Assembly (NCBI GenBank): GCA_963743305.1
Contig: CAVUPH010000024.1
Location: forward strand, 1 to 64,000
Reading direction: 5' to 3'
Length of the DNA: 64,000 nucleotides
Source: an uncultured delta proteobacterium
GTDB lineage: Bacteria; Desulfobacterota; RBG-13-43-22
Shown: piece by piece, positions 31,391-41,666 of the stretch
Position numbering within the stretch: position 1 is the first letter of the stretch
How the letters are laid out: every line of letters starts with the position of its first letter
Notes under the pieces: model-generated
What the model saw: the letters and a program-made list of their open reading frames with translations, nothing else
Databases searched by the model: none
What the model was told of the DNA's origin: nothing
Translations under genes and position numbers: made by a program

Positions 31391-32904
31391 GCCTTTTCCC
31401 TCAAGGGCAGCCTAAAACTGACTCTCGTTCCCTGGGGTTTGCGCAGGGCCAATTCCCCGGTTCCGCCATGGGCCTCGACAATCTTCTTTACATTGGACAG
31501 ACCGAGGCCGGTCCCCTTCTTCTTGTTGCTGAAAAATGGATCAAAGACATAAGGAAGGTCCTCCGGATTAATTCCCGGTCCGTCATCAATGATCTCGACC
31601 TGCCAGGCCCGACCGCCCTTCCTTGACAGTCTGGTGACGATCTCGATAGATCCTCCTGTCGGCAACGCCTCCAGGGCGTTTAAAAGCACATTGATCAGGG
31701 CCTGTTCGATTTTTTCATGATCCACCGGGATGGAAGGCAGTCGGCGAGCGTATCGTTTTTTAACGGCAATCCCCTTCTCCTTGATCCGGGCCTCCAGAAT
31801 CTCGAGACAGGAATCAAGGATACGGTTGATCGAGGCCGATTGAAGATTCAGCCTGACCGGGCGGGCGAAATCCAACATCTCTTCCAGAATCCGCTCCAGA
31901 CGGGATATTTCCTGAATGATGATTTCCATACGCCGCTGATCATTGCCCCATAATCCCGCATTTTTTAAAATGATCTGGCTGTTCATTTTTACGGAGGAGA
32001 GGGGATTTCGAATCTCATGGGCCAGGGAAGTGGTGAGTTTGCCGATATGGGCCAAACGCTCGGATTCCCGGATTCGCCGTTCCGTTTCGGTCCGCTCCGT
32101 AATGTCCCGGCAAATGCCGGCCACCGCATATTCCCCTTGGTAGAGGATACGTTTCACCTTGTTTTCGGTCGGGAGGCTCAAGCCGTTTTTATGACGGCGG
32201 AGGAAGACGTAGAGGTCCTCCGATTCTTCACCGGCCATTCGTTTTTCATAGAGTCTCTGCACCGCCGGGAGTGATCGGGGGGCAATAAAATCCATGTAGG
32301 ATTTGCCGAACATCTCCGCCGGGGAATACCCATGGAGGTCGCAAAAGGCTTGATTGGCAAAGACGATCAGTCCCCGCTGATTGACGAAGTAGCCGTCATT
32401 GATCTCCTCCACCAGGACGCGATATTTTCCTTCGGATTCGGAAAGCTCCCGGGTCCGCTTTTCCACTTCCCGCTCCAAATTCCCGGCGTGTTCTCGGATC
32501 TCCTTTTCATGAAGGGACTGAAAATATTGGCTGAACCGCTTGATCGTATACAAAAGACAGGCATCCATCCGTTGCAAGGCCGGAAGCAGCCCGCGGGAGT
32601 TAAGTTTCTTTACCAGAATGGGGACGAGCACCTTCCGGTAAAGATCATAGGCATGTTGCACGTCCGAGAGGGAAAACCCGCCTTCGAGCCGCAATCGGGT
32701 GATCCACTTGATATGGGCGTCAATCAGGGAATAATCGTCGTGGAGAATCACGGCGAAATTGGCGTCGTACACCCGGGAAACGGTTAACAACAGCTCCTTC
32801 AGCGGCCTTTCACTGTACCGCGGGCTGACCTCCGTTTGCAGCCGGCGAATCCACTCCTCGATGAGCGGTTCCCGGTGTACCGTCAGGATAGTTCCCAGAT
32901 CCAT
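31387..32904 (-). CDS. Cytoplasmic PAS sensor histidine kinase with helical RsbRD-like N-terminus
   Basis: LAHEIRNPL, NALEA, DDGPG and GTGLGL; PAS segment (FANQAF...RDITE). Confidence 0.9.
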   Translation of the reverse strand: MDLGTILTVHREPLIEEWIRRLQTEVSPRYSERPLKELLLTVSRVYDANFAVILHDDYSLIDAHIKWITRLRLEGGFSLSDVQHAYDLYRKVLVPILVKKLNSRGLLPALQRMDACLLYTIKRFSQYFQSLHEKEIREHAGNLEREVEKRTRELSESEGKYRVLVEEINDGYFVNQRGLIVFANQAFCDLHGYSPAEMFGKSYMDFIAPRSLPAVQRLYEKRMAGEESEDLYVFLRRHKNGLSLPTENKVKRILYQGEYAVAGICRDITERTETERRIRESERLAHIGKLTTSLAHEIRNPLSSVKMNSQIILKNAGLWGNDQRRMEIIIQEISRLERILEEMLDFARPVRLNLQSASINRILDSCLEILEARIKEKGIAVKKRYARRLPSIPVDHEKIEQALINVLLNALEALPTGGSIEIVTRLSRKGGRAWQVEIIDDGPGINPEDLPYVFDPFFSNKKKGTGLGLSNVKKIVEAHGGTGELALRKPQGTRVSFRLPLREKA

Positions 32905-32918
32905 GCGAAACGCCTTTG

Positions 32919-33989
32919 TTATAACACGGCCCAAGGTTTGGGAAGAAAGACCTTCTCATAAAGGTTCAAGGCATAACGGTCGGTCATCCCGGCGATGAAA
33001 TCCGAGGCGCGTTGGGGGTCGAAAGGCAAGGAGCCCAGTTCCAACCCGGTCTCGCTTTCGATCATTTCCGGGGATTCCATCAGGACGCCATACAATTCCT
33101 GGATCACTTTCCGGGCCTTGATGAAGTCATAATGCACGCGACCGATTTCGTAGACCCGCTCGTAGAGAAAGTCCCGCAAAGCCGTCATGGCCTGCTGGAC
33201 CGATGACCCCAGGGACAACTCCCGGGGCGGGGATTCCCGGCTGTGTTCGACCAGGTCCGTCACCATGGTGTTGATTCGCTGGGAACTGCGGTCGCCCAAC
33301 ACGCGACGGCAAAAGGAGGGAATCTCCCGATCGGTGATCAAGCCGCCCCGCAGGGCGTCGTCCAGGTCGTGGCTGATATAGGCGATGATATCGGCAATGC
33401 GCACCACCTGCCCCTCCAGGGTCGCCGACCTTTCCTCCGATTCCTGGGGCAATATTTCTCCTTTGCCCTTGGAATGTTTGAGGATACCGTCCCGTACTTC
33501 CCAGGAAAGATTGAGGCCCAGCCCGCCCTTTTCCAGTTCATCCACCACCCGCAGACTTTGCTGATTGTGATAAAAACCACCGGGAACGATATCATTCAAT
33601 ACCTCCTCCCCGGCATGCCCGAAAGGGGTGTGTCCCAGATCGTGTCCCAGCGCGCTGGCTTCCGTGAGATCTTCGTTTAATCCCAGGCAGCGGGCCACGG
33701 TGCGGGCGATCTGGGAGACTTCCAGGGTATGGGTCAGACGGGTTCGGTAGTGGTCACCGGTAGGAGAAAGGAAAACCTGGGTTTTATGTTTCAGGCGACG
33801 AAAAGCCTTGCAGTGGATAATCCGGTCCCGATCCCGCTGAAAAGCCGTCCTCAGGGCGCATTCGGCTTCCGGGCGCATTCGCCCCCGGCTCTCGGCACTT
33901 CGGGCAGCCCAAGGGGATAGATAGAGCCTTTCCCGTTCTTCACTGGCCTCGCGGATGGTTATAGCCTGTCGATCATTTAAGCCGGACAA
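32919..33989 (-). CDS. dgt: dGTP triphosphohydrolase-like HD protein
   Basis: FQRDRDRIIH, RRLKHKTQVF, RTRLTH and HDLGHTPFGH. Confidence 0.93.
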   Translation of the reverse strand: MSGLNDRQAITIREASEERERLYLSPWAARSAESRGRMRPEAECALRTAFQRDRDRIIHCKAFRRLKHKTQVFLSPTGDHYRTRLTHTLEVSQIARTVARCLGLNEDLTEASALGHDLGHTPFGHAGEEVLNDIVPGGFYHNQQSLRVVDELEKGGLGLNLSWEVRDGILKHSKGKGEILPQESEERSATLEGQVVRIADIIAYISHDLDDALRGGLITDREIPSFCRRVLGDRSSQRINTMVTDLVEHSRESPPRELSLGSSVQQAMTALRDFLYERVYEIGRVHYDFIKARKVIQELYGVLMESPEMIESETGLELGSLPFDPQRASDFIAGMTDRYALNLYEKVFLPKPWAVL

Positions 33990-34176
33990 TGGGGCCTCCG
34001 ATCGGAAACAATACTAATTTTTCACAAAAAAACAAGGGGCTATTTTTTTTGCTTCTTCGGCGGTTTCGGTTGAGTCTGGGTATACTAGGCGCTCCCCATG
34101 GGTTCTTACCTCCTAAAATACCGGAAGGGCCTTATTTCTATTTACAAAAAGTACTCCCTTGATTAGTATTTCCTCC

Positions 34177-35250
34177 ATGCGGATCATTTCCCACTACATC
34201 GCCAAAGAATTTCTAAAGATGACCCTCTTCTGTCTGGGCACCTTTGTGATGATTTATTTACTGGTGGAAGTGATGGAAAAATTGGACGATTTCAACACGG
34301 CCGGGGTGCCGCCTCGTCAGATAATGAATTATTTTATATATATTATTCCGGCCATCATCAAACAAATGATCCCGGTAGCCATTCTGATGGGCACGCAATT
34401 GACTTTCGGCTCTTTTTCCAAGAACAACCAACTCATCGCTTTCAAGTCCAGCGGGATCAGCATGATCCGACTCTCTTCACCCATCATCCTGCTCGCTATC
34501 GTGACCAGTCTGCTGGTCTTTGTCCTGGGAGAGAGTTTGATTCCGGCCGCCAATGCCCGGGCCCTGGAAATCTGGAATGTCCAGGTGAAAAAAATGGAAG
34601 CGCGGGCTGTTCTGATCAACGAGCGGATCTGGTATAAAGGAGATCGCTCGATTTATACCTTTGATCGCTTCAACTTTAAAGAACAATCGGCCCTCAAGGT
34701 CACCCTCTATTTTTTAGATCCCCAATTTCAGTTGCAATCGCGTCTGGATGCCGAACGGGGATTTTGGGCCGACGACGTGTGGACTTTCGAAGACGGCCTC
34801 TACCAAATCTATCAACCCAAGAGTTCCGTTCAAATCTTTAAAACCCTTAAGCTACCCTTGACGGAAACCCCGGAAGATTTTCGCTACCGGGAAAAAAGCA
34901 GCGAGGAAATGACCTATTCCGAGTTAAGAAGGTTTATCGGGAAAATCGAGCAGGAGGGCTATGAGGCCCAAGCCTACCGGGTGGAACAGCAAATGCGCCT
35001 ATCCTTCCCCGGGGTTTCAATCATCATGGCCTTGATCGGGATTTCCATGGCGCTGCGCCGAGAAAAAGGAATCGGCATCGCCCAGGGCATCGTGGGCAGT
35101 CTGGCGGTGACCTTTATCTACTGGATTTTCTTTGGCTTCTCCCGGTCTCTGGGCCTTTCCGGGGTCTTTCCGGCCTTTTGGGCCGCCTGGGCGTCCAATA
35201 TCCTCTTTCTGCTAATCGGGGGCTACCTGCTCCTTCATATCCGGCAATGA
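34177..35250 (+). CDS. lptG: LPS export permease LptG family
   Basis: 3+3 TM layout with periplasmic domain; NQLIAFKSSGIS and AAWASN. Confidence 0.85.
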   Translation: MRIISHYIAKEFLKMTLFCLGTFVMIYLLVEVMEKLDDFNTAGVPPRQIMNYFIYIIPAIIKQMIPVAILMGTQLTFGSFSKNNQLIAFKSSGISMIRLSSPIILLAIVTSLLVFVLGESLIPAANARALEIWNVQVKKMEARAVLINERIWYKGDRSIYTFDRFNFKEQSALKVTLYFLDPQFQLQSRLDAERGFWADDVWTFEDGLYQIYQPKSSVQIFKTLKLPLTETPEDFRYREKSSEEMTYSELRRFIGKIEQEGYEAQAYRVEQQMRLSFPGVSIIMALIGISMALRREKGIGIAQGIVGSLAVTFIYWIFFGFSRSLGLSGVFPAFWAAWASNILFLLIGGYLLLHIRQ

Positions 35251-37050
35251 AGCCCGCCACCTTTGCCGCGCTTTTAAAAAAATCGCTGCCTTTTCTATAT
35301 ATGCTGGCAGTGTCTATGACCGTCCTGATCGCCTGGGTCGGTTATTCCACTTCCAGACAGATTCAAGAGACGATTACCCTGCAATTCAACCAGCAGCAGC
35401 TCACGCTGGCCCGGAAAATATCGAATCATATTCAAAATCAAATCGCCTATCTTCAGAGCACGCTGTTGGGGCTTCGGGAAATCCGGGAGTTGATCGACCC
35501 GGCCGTGGTCGGGGAACGGAAAATTTTCCGGAATTATCAGCAAATCCTGGCCGGAGACGTCTTGTCCGTAATGATCCTCGACCCGCAGGGACGACCCCTC
35601 CTGAAAGCGCAAGACCCGTCCTGGAACCCTGGAGAGATCCCGCTCCCATTCGCCCGGTTCGCTGAGCGCCTACCTGCCGTCGGCGCTGACCCCTGACCGG
35701 GTCTGGGTTGGACGAACGTTTTCACTGGCCGGAAGGTGGGTATTGCCGATGATGGCCCCCTTCGGGCCGAAAGAGCCCTCCCTTCCGGAGGTCCGGGGGG
35801 CAGTCGTCCTGATTTTGGATGCCATTCACCTGGCCAAGAAAGCGACTGCCGGGGTGATCAGCGGCGCCACCGGCTACGCCTGGGTGATCAACCCCCAAGG
35901 GATCCTGCTGGATCACTACGAAAGCTCTTTTGTGGGCCGCAGTATTTTCGAAGTCCGCAAGGCCCGGAACCCCAATATCTCCTACCGGGACATCGATGAT
36001 TTGACTCGACGGGAACTGCTGAAGCGAAAGGAAGGGACTTCCAAATACGTCAGCGGTTGGCATCGCCATAGACTAACCCGGACCGAAAAACTGATTGCCT
36101 ACACGGCTATTCCTTTTTTCGAAACACCGGACCGAAACTTGAGGGCCCATCCGCTGCCGGCCGATGAATTCTGGTCCGTAGCCTTGGTCGCCCCGATCGA
36201 AGAAGTCTCCGGCCTGATCCGCAGCCTCAACTACCAGCAGGTTCTGCTGATCGGCATTTTCCAACTGCTCATCATCGTCGGAACCGGGATGTTTGTGTTC
36301 ATCTCCAACCGCTGGTCCAGGTATTTGACCATCGAGGTGGACCGGAAAGCCGAGGAACTGAAAAAATCCCAGGAAAAGCTGGTCCACTCCGAACGGTTGG
36401 CGGCGGTGGGTTCCATGGCCAGCCACGTGTCCCACGAAATCAAAAATCCTTTGATCGCCATCGGCGGGATGGCCCACCAGTTGAAGCGTTCCCCCAACCT
36501 GACGGACAAGGAAAAAGAGAAGCTGGACCTGGTCATTGGCGAGATCGGCCGCCTGGAAAACATGTTGATAGAAGTGCGCGATTTCACCCGGCCGACCACG
36601 CCTCGAAAAATCAGGAGTTCCCTTCAGCGATTGATCAAGGAAATCACCGACCTCCTGGGCGATCTGATCAAGGAACAGCATATCGAGGTCTTGATCGACC
36701 TGGACCCCCGGATAGCGGAGTTTTCCTTCGACCCGGACCAGATGAAACAAGTGTTGTTGAACTTGATTAAGAACGCAGTGGAGGCCATGCCGGAAGGAGG
36801 CCGGCTGTCCGTTACGACCCATCGGGAAAACAACCAGGCCATTGTGGAAATAAGCGATACCGGCCAGGGCTTTGAAAAAGACCACCAGGCCAACCTCTTC
36901 CGCCCCTTTTACACCACGAAAAAAAAGGGAACCGGCCTGGGACTGGCCGTTTCCTATAAAATCGTCCAGGACCACAATGGCGATATCCGGGTGGATTCCC
37001 AGACCGGGCGGGGCACCCGGGTGGTGGTCCTCTTACCGATAACCGATTGA
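35247..37050 (+). CDS. Membrane Cache-type sensor histidine kinase (frameshift near 35650-35740)
   Basis: N-terminal TM and periplasmic region in 35247-35696; SHEIKNPL, NAVEA and GTGLGL in 35743-37050. Confidence 0.82.
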
Positions 37051-37110
37051 CGATTAACCATTGACCATTGATTATTGATTATTGGGATATTGACGAAAGG
37101 AAAATTCACC

Positions 37111-39048
37111 ATGGGTTTGAATGTCGTTCAGAAAATAATTTCCCGTCACCGAGTTTCCTCCACCCAGGCGGTGGACGGCGTTGTTCCCTTAAAGGTGGAT
37201 CAGGTGTTGACCCAGGACGCTACGGGGACCATGGTATATCTGCAGTTCGAAGCTATCGGTCTTTCCCGGATCCGGGTCCCCCTGGCCGTTTCTTATGTGG
37301 ATCACAATACCCTGCAGGTGGATTCCCGAAACCCTGACGATCACCGCTATCTGCAAACCGCAGCGGCTCGCTTCGGCGCCTATTTTTCACCTCCGGGCAA
37401 CGGCATCTGCCACCAGCTTCATTTGGAGAACTTTGCCCGGCCCGGCCAGGTGCTGCTGGGTTCGGACAGCCATACCCCGACCTGCGGCGGACTGGGAATG
37501 CTGGCCATCGGCTGTGGCGGGTTGGACATTACGGCCGCCATGGCCGGGTTTCCCTATGAACTGCCGCTCCCCAAAATCCGAAAGGTCCGGCTCAAGGGCA
37601 AACTTCGCCGGCCCTGGGTAACGGCTATGGACCTCAGCCTGGAACTGCTGCGGCGTCTGACCGTTCGGGGAGGTGTGGGCTGGGTCCTGGAGTACGGCGG
37701 ACCGGCGCTACCGCACCTCTCCCTGACCGAACGAGCCACCATCTGCAACCTGGGGGCCGAACTGGGGGCCACCGCCTCCGTGTTCCCCAGTGACCAAATT
37801 ACCCGGGACTTTCTTCGGGCCCGAGGTCGGGAAAACGACTGGCAGGAACTGCTGCCTGACCGGGATGCCTCCTATGATGAAACGATCGATGTGGATCTCG
37901 GCCGATTGGAGCCGCTGACCGCCCAGCCCTTCAGCCCGGACAACGTTGTCCCCTTAAAGGATCTAGCCGGTCTACGGGTGGACCAGGTGTGCATCGGCAG
38001 TTGCTCCAATTCCTCTTACGAGGTCTTACGCGCCGTGGCCTGCATCGTGAAAGGAAAAACCATCGCCCCCCACCTGAATCTGCTGGTTAATCCCGGGTCG
38101 CGGCAGGTGGTCGGGAACCTGGCCGCCGACGGGTCATTAGGCACTTTGATCGCCGCCGGCGCCCGGATCCTGGAAGCGGCCTGCGGTCCCTGCATCGGCA
38201 TGGGCGGGGCCCCGCCGGATCAGGGGATTTCTTTCCGTTCCTATAACCGGAACTTCAAGGGTCGCAGCGGAACGGCCAATGCCCGGGTCTTCCTGGTCAA
38301 TCCTTTGGCCGGGGCGCTCCTGGCCCTCCAGGGAGAAGTGGTCGATCCCCTGCGCTTCCCTTTGCGCCTCCCCGCTTCAGCCCCGGCTCCTGCTTTCCGG
38401 GGTCCGGAGAGGACGATCCAACCCCCGCCCCGAAAAACGGCCGCCTTGGAGATCACCCGCGGCCCCAACATCCGGCCGATCCCCCGAAAAAAACCACTCC
38501 CGGATACTTTCTCGGCCGCGGTCCTGATTAAACTGGGGGATCACGTCACTACCGATGACATTCTGCCCGGCGGGTCTGAGGTCCTCCCCTATCGTTCAAA
38601 CATCCCGGCAATTTCCCGCTACACCTTTTCTCGAGTGGACCCCGGTTTTGCCGAGCGGGCCCTGAAAAATCCCGGAGGGATCATCATCGGCGGCGAAAAC
38701 TATGGCCAGGGTTCCTCCCGGGAGCACGCCGCCCTGGCTCCCATGTTTCTCGGCATCCAGGCCGTGCTGGCCAAATCCTTTGCCCGGATTCATCTGAACA
38801 ACCTGATCAACTATGGGATCCTGCCACTGGTTTTTGAAAACCCGGAGGATTATTTGAGTCTGAAACAAGGAGAACTGCTGACCTTTGCCGGAGTCAGAAA
38901 ATCAATCAGGAAATTAATGACCCTAGAGGCCCGCCGGGGGAATGAACCCAAAGGTATTCGGCTGCTGCCCCAGCTCACCGCGAATAAAATTGAAGTGCTT
39001 TTATCCGGCGGCCTCCTGCCTTACCTTAGAAAGAAGTCAAAAAAATGA
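37111..39048 (+). CDS. Aconitate hydratase (short bacterial/archaeal type)
   Basis: QDATGT, GICHQ, DSHT, IGSCSN, CGPCIGMG and NYGQGSSREHAA. Confidence 0.93.
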   Translation: MGLNVVQKIISRHRVSSTQAVDGVVPLKVDQVLTQDATGTMVYLQFEAIGLSRIRVPLAVSYVDHNTLQVDSRNPDDHRYLQTAAARFGAYFSPPGNGICHQLHLENFARPGQVLLGSDSHTPTCGGLGMLAIGCGGLDITAAMAGFPYELPLPKIRKVRLKGKLRRPWVTAMDLSLELLRRLTVRGGVGWVLEYGGPALPHLSLTERATICNLGAELGATASVFPSDQITRDFLRARGRENDWQELLPDRDASYDETIDVDLGRLEPLTAQPFSPDNVVPLKDLAGLRVDQVCIGSCSNSSYEVLRAVACIVKGKTIAPHLNLLVNPGSRQVVGNLAADGSLGTLIAAGARILEAACGPCIGMGGAPPDQGISFRSYNRNFKGRSGTANARVFLVNPLAGALLALQGEVVDPLRFPLRLPASAPAPAFRGPERTIQPPPRKTAALEITRGPNIRPIPRKKPLPDTFSAAVLIKLGDHVTTDDILPGGSEVLPYRSNIPAISRYTFSRVDPGFAERALKNPGGIIIGGENYGQGSSREHAALAPMFLGIQAVLAKSFARIHLNNLINYGILPLVFENPEDYLSLKQGELLTFAGVRKSIRKLMTLEARRGNEPKGIRLLPQLTANKIEVLLSGGLLPYLRKKSKK

Positions 39049-39159
39049 GAGTTAAAGTCCCCCTTCGATAAAGGGGGATTTAGGGGGATTTCCAATGAAA
39101 CCGAACAACCACCAAATCTTTTATTTTCGCACTCAATTAGGTAACCAACGGAGACGTTA

Positions 39160-40113
39160 ATGCCCCCCCTCGAGTTTCCTAATGTTCTGATCGGTCACGC
39201 TTCCTATCCGGACGGACCTACCGGTTGCACCGTGATCCTTTGCCCGGAAGGGGCGGTGGCCGGGATGGATGTCCGCGGTTCCGCCTCCGGCACCCGTCAG
39301 ACCGACTCCCTCTCCGCCCTCCACCGGGTACCCCACATTCATGGGATCTTATTGGCCGGGGGAAGTTCTTTCGGGCTGGATGCTACCGGCGGAGTGCTGC
39401 AATACCTGGAAGAAAAAGGGATCGGCTTTGATGTGACCGTTACCCGGGTACCCATCGTGCCTTCGGCTATCCTTTTTGACCTGGCCTTCGGCAATCCGGC
39501 CGTGCGGCCGGACAAGTCCCTGGGGTATCAGGCCTGTATGAACGCCTCGGCCGGCACGGTGGAGGAAGGGAGTGTCGGGGCCGGGATCGGAGCCACGATC
39601 GGGAAACTGTTCAGCGTCCTCCAGGCCACCAAGGGCGGCCTGGGCTATGCCTCCACCACCTTGGAAAATGGATTGACGGTCGCCGCCCTGGTGGTGGTCA
39701 ACGCCTTCGGCGATGTGCGGGATCTCGAGGGAAACATCCTGGCCGGGGCTCGCACCGGCCCCCGGGACACCACCTGGGCCAACACCTGGGCCTGCATGAA
39801 GCAGGGAATCCAGCCCAAACAATTCGTGGTCCAGAACACCACCCTGGGCGTGATCCTAACCAACGCCCGACTGGACAAGGCCGATGCCCGCAAACTGGCC
39901 CAGTTGGGCCAGAACGCCCTGGCCCGGGTGATCGCCCCGGTACATACCCTCTACGACGGGGACATCGTCTTCGCCCTGTCCGTGGGGACGGTCGAGGCCG
40001 GTCTGATGCAGGTGGGAATAGTGGCCCAGGAGATGCTCCAGGAAGCCATTCTCCGGGCGGTCAAAGCCGCCGACGGCCTGGGCCGCCTCCCGGCCTGGCG
40101 GGATTTTCACTAG
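39160..40113 (+). CDS. P1/S58 (DmpA-like) peptidase
   Basis: GCTVIL, DVRGSASGTRQ, GGSSFGL, QNTTLG and HTLYDGD. Confidence 0.88.
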   Translation: MPPLEFPNVLIGHASYPDGPTGCTVILCPEGAVAGMDVRGSASGTRQTDSLSALHRVPHIHGILLAGGSSFGLDATGGVLQYLEEKGIGFDVTVTRVPIVPSAILFDLAFGNPAVRPDKSLGYQACMNASAGTVEEGSVGAGIGATIGKLFSVLQATKGGLGYASTTLENGLTVAALVVVNAFGDVRDLEGNILAGARTGPRDTTWANTWACMKQGIQPKQFVVQNTTLGVILTNARLDKADARKLAQLGQNALARVIAPVHTLYDGDIVFALSVGTVEAGLMQVGIVAQEMLQEAILRAVKAADGLGRLPAWRDFH

Positions 40114-40157
40114 TTCCACCGTTGGAAGTCATCCGTCAACCCATCGTTAAGCGCTAT

Positions 40158-41617
40158 TCACCTGTTTTCTTCCGCCAAAAGGGCCTCTGCGGCAAAAATG
40201 CCGGACATGGCTGCCGGGGCTACGCCGAACCCCGGGTAGGTAGTCTGGCCGGCCTGATATAAACCGGAGATTTGAGAAGCGTGTGGAAACTGTGCTTTGA
40301 GAGCCGCCGCCGGGGATAGGCCATAGACGGCCCCTTTGTAAAGATGCAGACGACCCTGAAAATCCTTGGGGCTGCGGACCCTTTTTACGGCAATGTCGAT
40401 AGTATTTTGGCGGGTCAGCGCCTGGAGAGTCGATTCGACCACCTCCCCGGTTTTCCGCTCATTCCAATCGTCAGCCGGTAAATCCTGATTTATAGCCGGA
40501 AATATCTCGACGATGCTTCCGCCCTTTGGGGATAGCTCGGGCATCGTCACAGTGGGTACGAAGGTAATAAACCATTTCCCTTCATCCTTTCCTGGAGAGA
40601 AAAATTTGAAATGCTCCTTCATCATCGGAAAAATGATATGGGTATGGCTGCGGAGGCCGATCACGTTCTTTAACCCAAGTTGGATTGAAAACGCCTTGGG
40701 GGACAAGGGCGCCTTACGTATCTTCAGGCTCATTCCACTCGGCAATTCCTCGGGATCCAGGAGTGAACGGAAAGTAGCCATTCCATTAACGGTTGATATG
40801 ACGGCGTCCACCTCGATCGGACCGAATCCTTCAATTTTCAATCCAGAAACCCGTCCATTCTTCAGGAGTATTTTCTGGATCTTCGCGTTTAGAAATATTT
40901 CGCCACCATTATTTCTCAAAGCCCGACCCAGAGCTTCCGATATTTTTCCCATGCCTCCTTCAGGCAGATAATATCCCTTACTCAGGAGGGCAATGAGCCC
41001 TAATATTAATAGAATCGGTGTCTTCTGCGGCGGCGTGCCCGTATACCAGAGAGCGCCGGCCATGGCGGAGCGTACGGCCTGATCGCTGAAAAGGTCATTT
41101 ATTTCTGAGGCCACTGTCCCGTGGAATTTGTGAAGATGCGGCCACACTTTTGGAATCAGCCGTGAAAGTGAAAAGGGGTTGGTCAATAGGTCATTTTCAT
41201 AGAGCCGGAGCACGGGATCCCATTTCTTTCGCAGGTTATCAAGTTCTCTTTGCAGTCGGCCCGCATTACCCTTGGCCATCCCCCGGTTCACCCTTACCTG
41301 GTACTTATCACCGATAGACACAACCGTTCCGTCAGGCAATGTTGTCCGGTGAGAGGCCACTTTCCTTAATGGCAGGATTGAACGGCGTTCAAGGCCCAAC
41401 TTCGCTCAAAAACTCGATCGAGGATCCCGGGAAAACTTAAGTAAACAGCCCCATCGTTAAATGTATAATCCCCTATAGTTGTGTTTGCACAACAGCCGCC
41501 CAGCTTATCATTGGCTTCAAAAAGTTTCACTCTCAGGCCCCGTCGAGAGAGCAGGCCACCTGCGGAGAGCCCCGACACTCCACCCCCGATAATCCCTATG
41601 GTCCGAATTTTACTCAT
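40158..41617 (-). CDS. Phytoene desaturase (CrtI)-family FAD oxidoreductase, frameshift near 41400
   Basis: IIGGGVSGLSAG..LFEANDKLGG..YTFNDG; PEGGMGKI; C-terminal GLYQAGQTTYPGFGV...SG. Confidence 0.82.
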
Positions 41618-41666
41618 AGCGCCTTTTCCTGAACGGTCGAGAAGGGAGGGAATTGTGACCTCCTTT

